DNA of 32,000 bases from Synechocystis sp. PCC 6803 substr. PCC-P (lineage in GTDB: Bacteria > Cyanobacteriota > Cyanobacteriia > Cyanobacteriales > Microcystaceae): the NCBI RefSeq assembly GCF_000284455.1, contig NC_017039.1, positions 210,001-242,000 of the forward strand. Reading direction: 5' to 3'. A program made the position numbers and the translations under genes. This document shows positions 26,357 through 32,000 of the stretch, one piece after another (the stretch's first letter is position 1; each line of letters opens with the position of its first letter). The notes beneath the pieces were generated by a model. It did no database searches and was not told the DNA's origin. It saw only the letters and a program-made list of their open reading frames with translations.

Positions 26357-27438
26357 TACAAATCAGGAAATACCGTTTTTACCGCCCCTTGCACCAATTT
26401 TCCGGCTTGAACATTGACTCCTTTCGCCAACGGCAAATCATTTTCCCAAGCCTGTTCCCCCAGATTGGCCAATTTCAACACATAGCGCAATGTACTATTA
26501 TTCAACGCTTGGGTTGCTGTCCAGGGAGTGGCTCCTGGCATATTGGGAATGCCCACATGAACTACTTCTGCTTCGATGTAACTGGGTTGACTATGAGAAG
26601 TTACCCGCAAAGTCTCCACACAGCCCCCTTGGTCGATCGCCACATCCATAATCACCGCCCCTGGCAACATTTGCTCCACTTCCTGGCGGGAAACCAACAC
26701 TGGGGCCCGCTTGCCTGTGATCAATACTGCGCCGATGAGCAAATCTGTATGGGGCAACAGGTCTTCGATTTGGCTGGCATTGCTGTAGCGCAGATCCACC
26801 CGGGAACCGAACAGTTCTCCCAATTGGTTTAAACGGTCTACATTGATGTCTAGGATGGTCACCATGGCCCCCAGTCCGATCGCCATTTTGGCCGCCTCTG
26901 TACCGACTACGCCACCGCCGAGGATAGTTACTTGTCCGGCCTTGACTCCGGGTACGCCTCCCAACAGAACTCCCCGGCCTCCCTGTTGTTTTTCCAAATA
27001 ATGGGCACCCATCTGCACCGCCAATCGTCCGGCAATGCGGCTCATGGGGGCCAACAATGGCAATTGACCATCAGCCAATTCCACCGTTTCATAGGCGATC
27101 GCCGTAATGCCAGATTTAATTAGAGCTTCGGTGAGGGTACGTTCCGCTGCCAAATGGAGATAAGTGAACAACAACTTAGGCAAAGTTAAATATTCATACT
27201 CTTCAGGGAGAGGCTCTTTCACTTTCACCACCAATTCCCTGTTCCAAGCCTCTTTGGCAGTGGCAACTAACTCAGCTCCCGCCTTTGCGTAGGCTCCATC
27301 GGGGAAGCCAGACCCGACTCCGGCCCCTTCTTCCACAAATACTTGATGGCCCTGGCTCAGCAATGCCCGTACACTACTGGGGGTCAGCCCCACCCGAAAT
27401 TCCTGGTCTTTAATTTCCTTGGGAACACCAATTTCCAT
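26356..27438 (-). CDS. ald: Alanine dehydrogenase
   Basis: [50 protein letters not shown] plus the NAD-binding [17 protein letters not shown] are classic Ald sequences. Its stop overlaps the decarboxylase start (TAATG). Confidence 0.95.
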   Translation of the reverse strand: MEIGVPKEIKDQEFRVGLTPSSVRALLSQGHQVFVEEGAGVGSGFPDGAYAKAGAELVATAKEAWNRELVVKVKEPLPEEYEYLTLPKLLFTYLHLAAERTLTEALIKSGITAIAYETVELADGQLPLLAPMSRIAGRLAVQMGAHYLEKQQGGRGVLLGGVPGVKAGQVTILGGGVVGTEAAKMAIGLGAMVTILDINVDRLNQLGELFGSRVDLRYSNASQIEDLLPHTDLLIGAVLITGKRAPVLVSRQEVEQMLPGAVIMDVAIDQGGCVETLRVTSHSQPSYIEAEVVHVGIPNMPGATPWTATQALNNSTLRYVLKLANLGEQAWENDLPLAKGVNVQAGKLVQGAVKTVFPDL

Positions 27439-27599
27439 ACCAATCTCTGCAAGGGGGATACTATGCCGACACCCCTATTAAATCAAACATTTCCACCGAT
27501 GCCATGGACTAGAACCCCAACTATGGATTGGTCATCAATTCCCTTAAAATAGTAAGTCCGCTTAGATCAACAAAATCCAAAATTATTGAGAGGTTTGCC

Positions 27600-28325
27600 T
27601 TGCTAACATTGGGGGTCAACATCGATCACGTAGCCACCATTCGCCAAGCCCGCCAAACGGTGGAGCCAGACCCGATCGCCGCCGCTGTGTTGGCCGAACT
27701 GGCCGGGGCGGATGGTATTACAGCCCATTTACGGGAAGACCGTCGCCACATTCAAGAGCGGGACGTGGAAATATTGCGAAAAACGGTGCGCACCCACTTA
27801 AACCTGGAGATGGCCGCCACCAAGGAAATGGTGGAAATTGCCCTCAACCTTAAACCGGATTACGTCACCCTGGTACCGGAACGGCGGGAAGAAGTGACCA
27901 CGGAAGGGGGTTTGGATGTGGCTGGGAACTTGAACTATTTGCTGGGAGTAGTTGAGCAGTTACAATCCCGACATATTCCCGTTAGTCTTTTCATCGACCC
28001 GGATGTGGCCCAACTGAAAGCCTCTGCCCAAACCGGAGCAAAATTCATTGAATTACATACGGGCAAATATGCCAATGCCCCCACCGCTGACGACCAAGCT
28101 AGGGAATTGGGGTCCCTGGCGATCGCCTGTGACATTGCTCTAGAACTGGGGCTAAGGATCAACGCTGGCCATGGGTTGACCTATTGGAATGTGCGCCCAG
28201 TGGCGGAATTACCGGGCATGGAAGAGTTAAACATCGGCCACAGCATCATGAGCCGGGCCATTCTGGTGGGCATGGAAAGGGCCGTGCGGGAAATGAAATT
28301 AGCCATGTTGGGGCTGCCATTTTAG
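27600..28325 (+). CDS. pdxJ: Pyridoxine 5'-phosphate synthase
   Basis: [54 protein letters not shown] is the conserved PdxJ N-terminus. The track ORF starts at TTG 27528. TTG 27600 gives the usual ~241-aa length with LGVNIDH near the N-terminus. The start remains uncertain. Confidence 0.9.
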   Translation: MLTLGVNIDHVATIRQARQTVEPDPIAAAVLAELAGADGITAHLREDRRHIQERDVEILRKTVRTHLNLEMAATKEMVEIALNLKPDYVTLVPERREEVTTEGGLDVAGNLNYLLGVVEQLQSRHIPVSLFIDPDVAQLKASAQTGAKFIELHTGKYANAPTADDQARELGSLAIACDIALELGLRINAGHGLTYWNVRPVAELPGMEELNIGHSIMSRAILVGMERAVREMKLAMLGLPF

Positions 28326-28424
28326 CGCCGAGCCCATGGTAGGGTGGAAAGTTGGGCATTGACGACCCCACCCATCGACATAGTCAATCAGTATTTATTT
28401 TTTATAAAACGTAAAACAAACTAT

Positions 28425-28745
28425 ATGGCTACCTATTATTATGCTTTGGCAAGTCAAAAATTTCTCTTGGAAGAGGAACCCTTTGAAGAGGTGCTGAAAG
28501 AACGGCGACGGGATTATGGTGAAAAAAATAAGGAAATTGACTTTTGGCAGGTGATCCAACCGGCCTTTCTTAATGCCCCAGAATTAGCCGAAGCTAAAGC
28601 TAAAGCTCCCGAAAAAAATGTAGCCATTGTTTCCACCAATAAGTCTTTTATTGTTTGGGTAAAACTCCGGTTGGAATATGTCTTAACTGGAGAATTTGAA
28701 GCTCCCTCCGATGCCATTCCTGACCCCCTTGCATCCCTGGATTAG
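28425..28745 (+). CDS. ycf54: Ycf54 (DUF2488), a factor for the Mg-protoporphyrin IX monomethyl ester cyclase step of chlorophyll synthesis
   Basis: The internal ATG at 28425 of track ORF 28344..28745 gives MATYYYALASQKFLLEEEPFEEVLKERRRDY...IVWVKLRLEYVLTGEF. I recognise this as Ycf54 (slr1780), lying directly after pdxJ (slr1779). Confidence 0.85.
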   Translation: MATYYYALASQKFLLEEEPFEEVLKERRRDYGEKNKEIDFWQVIQPAFLNAPELAEAKAKAPEKNVAIVSTNKSFIVWVKLRLEYVLTGEFEAPSDAIPDPLASLD

Positions 28746-28803
28746 GTTCAATAACCATGGCGATCGGGCAAAACTTTTCTCCCCATAGCTAAGGTCAATC
28801 GCC

Positions 28804-30198
28804 CTACTCGTATTCCAGTAAACTCCAAAACTGATTACTGCCGGGGAACTGGGCCGCTACGGTCACATTGTCAAAGCGGATAATTTCTGAGCCGGTGAAA
28901 ACGTCCCCTGTGCGGTCTAGGGGAATTAACTCTTGCCGTTGCTCATCAACTAAGACCACTTTTTCCGCCCCCGGCACTTGAAGTTGGAAATAGCTGGCTT
29001 GATTTTGGGGCAAATTTCTTCCCAATGGGGAAATTAACCGCACCTGCTTTTCGCTGAAGGTACCATAGGTGCTGGGAAATGCTTGTCCTGCTCCCTGGGC
29101 CTTCACATCGTAGGCGATCGCCTGGTAATAGGTATCTTCCTGGGAATTTTTACTGAGAATTAATAACTGATATTCTCCCGGTTGGGGAAAGGCGGCATTG
29201 ACTGTCACCTGGCTCTGCTGACTTTGGCTGAGGGTATATTGCTTATCTAAGGGTTGACCGTTGTTATCCATTAACTGGGCCACCACCTGCACATCGTTAC
29301 CCGTGCGGAGAATCACTTCTAAATCCCCACCAGCGACGATGTCATTTTTGGGATGACTAACCAACGCTATTTGATCCCGGAAAAATCTGGGGGTCAACGC
29401 GGGTAACTGATCAAACGTTTGGCGATCGTAGGGTTGGGGCAATAACTGCCATTGGCTTTCCCTAGGAAAATGGCTGACAATTAGCTGTTCCGGCGCTGTA
29501 GCAAAATAGGTAGGGTTAAATTTAGCCTCGAACTTGCCATCACTGACAATGCCTGCTCCCCAGGTGGTATCGAGTAAATACCATTGACCGTCTATTTTTA
29601 CCCCGTTCCAAGCGTGGTTAACGTCCGGATCATCCCCCACAATCACGTCTCCCCCTTTGGCAAAACCTTCAATAATGACCACATCTAGCCCCAATTCCTT
29701 CGCTAAAGCCTGATACAAATTGGAGTAGCCAGAGCAGATGGTTTCCCCCCGAGCAAGCACTGTTTCCGGCCGGAGATCATCTATGTTGCGGGTTTCCGCC
29801 ATGGGCACGTCATAGGCAATATTTTGGGTAATCCAGCTATAGGCTAAACGGGCTTCTTCCCAGTCATTACTGGCCAAGGGGCGGATTAAATCCGCTAATT
29901 CCTTAACCGAGGTACCCTGGTAGTTGATAGTACGAGCCAAATTATCTAATCTTTCCCCTCCATCCACAGAAAAGCTTTTAGTGTTACCGGCAATGGGATT
30001 ATCCACCCGTTGAGTTACCACAAGGGTTTTGGGGTTAATGCCCTGGGGCAAATTGTCGGCGATCGCCCCTAGGTTAACGGGTGGCAAATTTTTGGAACCA
30101 CCACTGGGGCTGAAATACCAAATCCCTGCCCCGATCAAACCCACCAGCATCAGGGCGGGGAAAAAGCCGCCGTTAGCTTTCGGTGACTTTTTAGTCAT
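28804..30198 (-). CDS. Membrane-anchored transglutaminase-like (cysteine-protease-fold) protein
   Basis: The catalytic-triad context is GETICSGYSNLYQALAKELG (Cys) followed by VNHAWNGVKIDGQWYLLDTTWG (His, Asp). The ATG at 30198 gives MTKKSPKANGGFFPALMLVGLIGAGIWYF, a signal anchor. The longer track ORF (to 30327) would overlap msrB. Confidence 0.8.
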   Translation of the reverse strand: MTKKSPKANGGFFPALMLVGLIGAGIWYFSPSGGSKNLPPVNLGAIADNLPQGINPKTLVVTQRVDNPIAGNTKSFSVDGGERLDNLARTINYQGTSVKELADLIRPLASNDWEEARLAYSWITQNIAYDVPMAETRNIDDLRPETVLARGETICSGYSNLYQALAKELGLDVVIIEGFAKGGDVIVGDDPDVNHAWNGVKIDGQWYLLDTTWGAGIVSDGKFEAKFNPTYFATAPEQLIVSHFPRESQWQLLPQPYDRQTFDQLPALTPRFFRDQIALVSHPKNDIVAGGDLEVILRTGNDVQVVAQLMDNNGQPLDKQYTLSQSQQSQVTVNAAFPQPGEYQLLILSKNSQEDTYYQAIAYDVKAQGAGQAFPSTYGTFSEKQVRLISPLGRNLPQNQASYFQLQVPGAEKVVLVDEQRQELIPLDRTGDVFTGSEIIRFDNVTVAAQFPGSNQFWSLLEYE

Positions 30199-30298
30199 CC
30201 TTCGTCGGGTTGACCGAGGTTGGGGACGGTAAGAACTCACGGTGTAATGAGCGTTGATTAACGCTGAAAAATTGAAGTTGACAAAACCAAGAAAAAAC

Positions 30299-30829
30299 CT
30301 AAGCGCCGACAAACTTGAGGGAAACACCGTTCATGCAATAGCGTTTACCGGTGGGCTGGGGACCATCATCAAAAACGTGACCTAAATGGCCGCCACAACG
30401 GGCGCAATGAACTTCAGTGCGAGTCATGAAAAAGGATTTATCGACAGTGTAAGCCACAGCATTTTCCAAGGGAGCATAGAAACTAGGCCAGCCGGTGCCG
30501 GAATTAAACTTGGTTTCGGAAGAAAATAAGGGAAGCTCGCAACCAGCACATTCGTAAGTACCTAAATCATAGTTTTTGTCCAGGGGGCTAGTACCAGCTC
30601 TTTCCGTGCCATGTTTGCGGAGTACTTTATAGGCCTCTGGACTTAGTTGCTGTTGCCATTCTGCATCGGTTTTGGTGACTTCAAAAACTTCGTTTGTTTT
30701 AGGCATGATTTGAGGTTCTAGTTCGGATTTAAGTTGGGGTTGGGATTGGTTGGTTGAATTTACATATTGAGCCAGCCAGAAAGCTCCCAAGGAGGCGGTG
30801 CCCACTTCTAAAAGGTAACGTCTTTTCAT
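30299..30829 (-). CDS. msrB: Peptide-methionine (R)-S-oxide reductase MsrB with an N-terminal export signal
   Basis: The SelR domain shows two zinc CxxC pairs ([21 protein letters not shown]) and the catalytic RYCMNGVSL. The N-terminus [23 protein letters not shown] is a twin-arginine-like signal. Confidence 0.9.
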   Translation of the reverse strand: MKRRYLLEVGTASLGAFWLAQYVNSTNQSQPQLKSELEPQIMPKTNEVFEVTKTDAEWQQQLSPEAYKVLRKHGTERAGTSPLDKNYDLGTYECAGCELPLFSSETKFNSGTGWPSFYAPLENAVAYTVDKSFFMTRTEVHCARCGGHLGHVFDDGPQPTGKRYCMNGVSLKFVGA

Positions 30830-30862
30830 GGTTAAAGTTTGGATGGGTGAGGTACGGGAAAC

Positions 30863-32000
30863 TTAACTGGTGGGATTACGAAGTTGGGCCGTTTGTACGG
30901 TTAGGCTTAAACGGCGATCGCCCCGGAGTAGGTCGAGTTTGAGAGCTTTGTTCAAACCGGCTTGTTCTACTATGCGCTGTAGGCGGGCACCATCGCTAAT
31001 GGGAGTACCGTCCACCGCCACAATGACATCTCCCCGACGGATACCGGCCCTTTCAGCGGGGGTTCCGGGCAAGACCCGCATCACCAAAATGCCATCCACT
31101 TCAGGAATGATAAAGGGAGAATTGGGATTGCGATTATTCTGCTGGGCTTGGTCCACCGTGATATTCATCATTTGCACCCCAATGTAGGGATGGGGCACTG
31201 TTCCCCCCGCAGCGAGGGTATTTTGAATTGCCTTGGCCTGATCTATCGGAATGGCAAAACCAATGCCAGTGGCATCGGCTCGGATGGCGGTGTTAATGCC
31301 AATCACTTCTCCCCGGGCATTGAGCAACGGGCCACCGGAATTGCCGGGGTTAATGGCGGCATCGGTTTGAATAAATTCCACCCGCTTATCGGGGATACCG
31401 GCCTGGGCGGCGGATCTTCCCAATGTGCTAATAATTCCTAGGGTAACTGTATTATCTAACCCCACCGGATTACCCACGGCGATCGCCCAATCTCCCACCT
31501 GCAGATTACTGGAAGTGCCAAGGGGAGCCACTGGTAGGGCAGAACCCTGGGGCTCAATTTTCACCACAGCCAAATCTGTCACTTCATCGGTGCCCCGCAC
31601 CTGGCCGTCGAAAGTACGGCCATCCCGGAGAGTCACCACCACTTTACTGGCACCATCTACCACATGGGCGTTGGTGAGAATAATGCCACTGTTGTCGATA
31701 ATGAAGCCACTACCCTGGCCGGCAATGCGTCTTTCCCGGGGAGGTACGGGGAAGGATCTACCAAAAAATTCCTGGAAGAATGGGTCGTCCAAAATGGGGT
31801 CAGTGCGACGGGTTACCACTGTCTCCGTATCGATGCGCACCACCGCTGGCCCAGAACGGGATACGGCCGCCGCCACAAAGCTTTCTGAGGTCAAGGGTAC
31901 CGATGCCTGGGCGGTAATCACAGGAGCCGGGGGCAAATCGTCCGCCGCCGCCACTGCATGGGGTAAATTGGCGATACCAAAAGCCGTGCCCACTGCAAAA
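30863..32000 (-). CDS. hhoA: HtrA/Deg-family serine protease with a C-terminal PDZ domain; the N-terminus lies beyond the window
   Basis: The catalytic triad contexts are TNAHVV (His), TDLAVVKI (Asp) and GNSGGPL (Ser). A PDZ domain is present (GILVMRVLPGTPAERAGIRRGDVIVAVDG). The frame stays open to the window edge. I recall it as sll1679 (HhoA). Confidence 0.88.
   Translation of the reverse strand, partial: FAVGTAFGIANLPHAVAAADDLPPAPVITAQASVPLTSESFVAAAVSRSGPAVVRIDTETVVTRRTDPILDDPFFQEFFGRSFPVPPRERRIAGQGSGFIIDNSGIILTNAHVVDGASKVVVTLRDGRTFDGQVRGTDEVTDLAVVKIEPQGSALPVAPLGTSSNLQVGDWAIAVGNPVGLDNTVTLGIISTLGRSAAQAGIPDKRVEFIQTDAAINPGNSGGPLLNARGEVIGINTAIRADATGIGFAIPIDQAKAIQNTLAAGGTVPHPYIGVQMMNITVDQAQQNNRNPNSPFIIPEVDGILVMRVLPGTPAERAGIRRGDVIVAVDGTPISDGARLQRIVEQAGLNKALKLDLLRGDRRLSLTVQTAQLRNPTS

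Noticed and set aside
22008-28745. Two chlorophyll-biosynthesis genes (chlD and ycf54) lie within 4.4 kb of each other, a possible pigment-synthesis cluster.
   Set aside because: They are separated by five unrelated genes on both strands and cannot be co-transcribed. The proximity is most simply coincidental.
1-32000. A window-wide look for CRISPR arrays, tRNA/rRNA genes, transposase or integrase genes, long terminal or inverted repeats, and prophage or defence-island hallmarks.
   Set aside because: I found no regularly spaced direct repeats and no cloverleaf-like or rRNA-like segments in the intergenic regions. No ORF has DDE, tyrosine-recombinase or serine-recombinase motifs. The only abundant repeat is the 8-bp HIP1 palindrome.

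Overview
This window looks like core chromosome of Synechocystis sp. PCC 6803 or a very close relative. I recognise this from memory, from the gene content and from about 37 copies of the HIP1 octamer GCGATCGC; I ran no search. It is densely coding on both strands, with about 29 protein genes. The centrepiece is the beta-carboxysome operon ccmK2-ccmK1-ccmL-ccmM-ccmN (minus strand, 5.5-9.5 kb). It is flanked upstream by gltD and downstream by a zinc-ribbon/kinase-like/PP2C phosphatase gene. Other recognisable genes are upp (partial), prohibitin phb1, an ankyrin-repeat protein, a secreted Ntn (choloylglycine-type) hydrolase and a TM0106-type RecB/Cas4-like nuclease. There are also a SulP/STAS transporter, pxcA (cemA/cotA homolog), chlD, an Orn/Lys/Arg-type decarboxylase translationally coupled to ald, pdxJ and ycf54. 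A co-oriented hhoA-msrB-transglutaminase-like cluster closes the window. I saw no rRNA, tRNA, CRISPR array, transposase, integrase or prophage signal, so most of the window is ordinary housekeeping DNA. Four poorly understood pieces deserve a second look. (1) A low-GC, ATGA-overlapped two-gene cassette at 24120-24838 encodes a 62-aa lysine-rich protein plus a 177-aa protein, and may be a toxin/immunity or toxin-antitoxin (TA) module. (2) A secreted LolA-like (DUF2092-like) protein is paired with an exported R/G/Q/N-only disordered protein carrying a selectively maintained 22-aa tandem repeat (17123-18812). (3) The RecB-like nuclease seems to have lost its PD-(D/E)XK catalytic residues but kept its Fe-S cysteines. 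(4) The pseudokinase-like PP2C gene lies next to the carboxysome operon. Several regulatory details are also flagged: ccmM start sites, a hairpin plus U-tract between ccmK2 and ccmK1, and overlapping gene ends. All functional calls rest on my reading of the translated ORFs and on remembered family signatures. Locus tags are recollections, not lookups.
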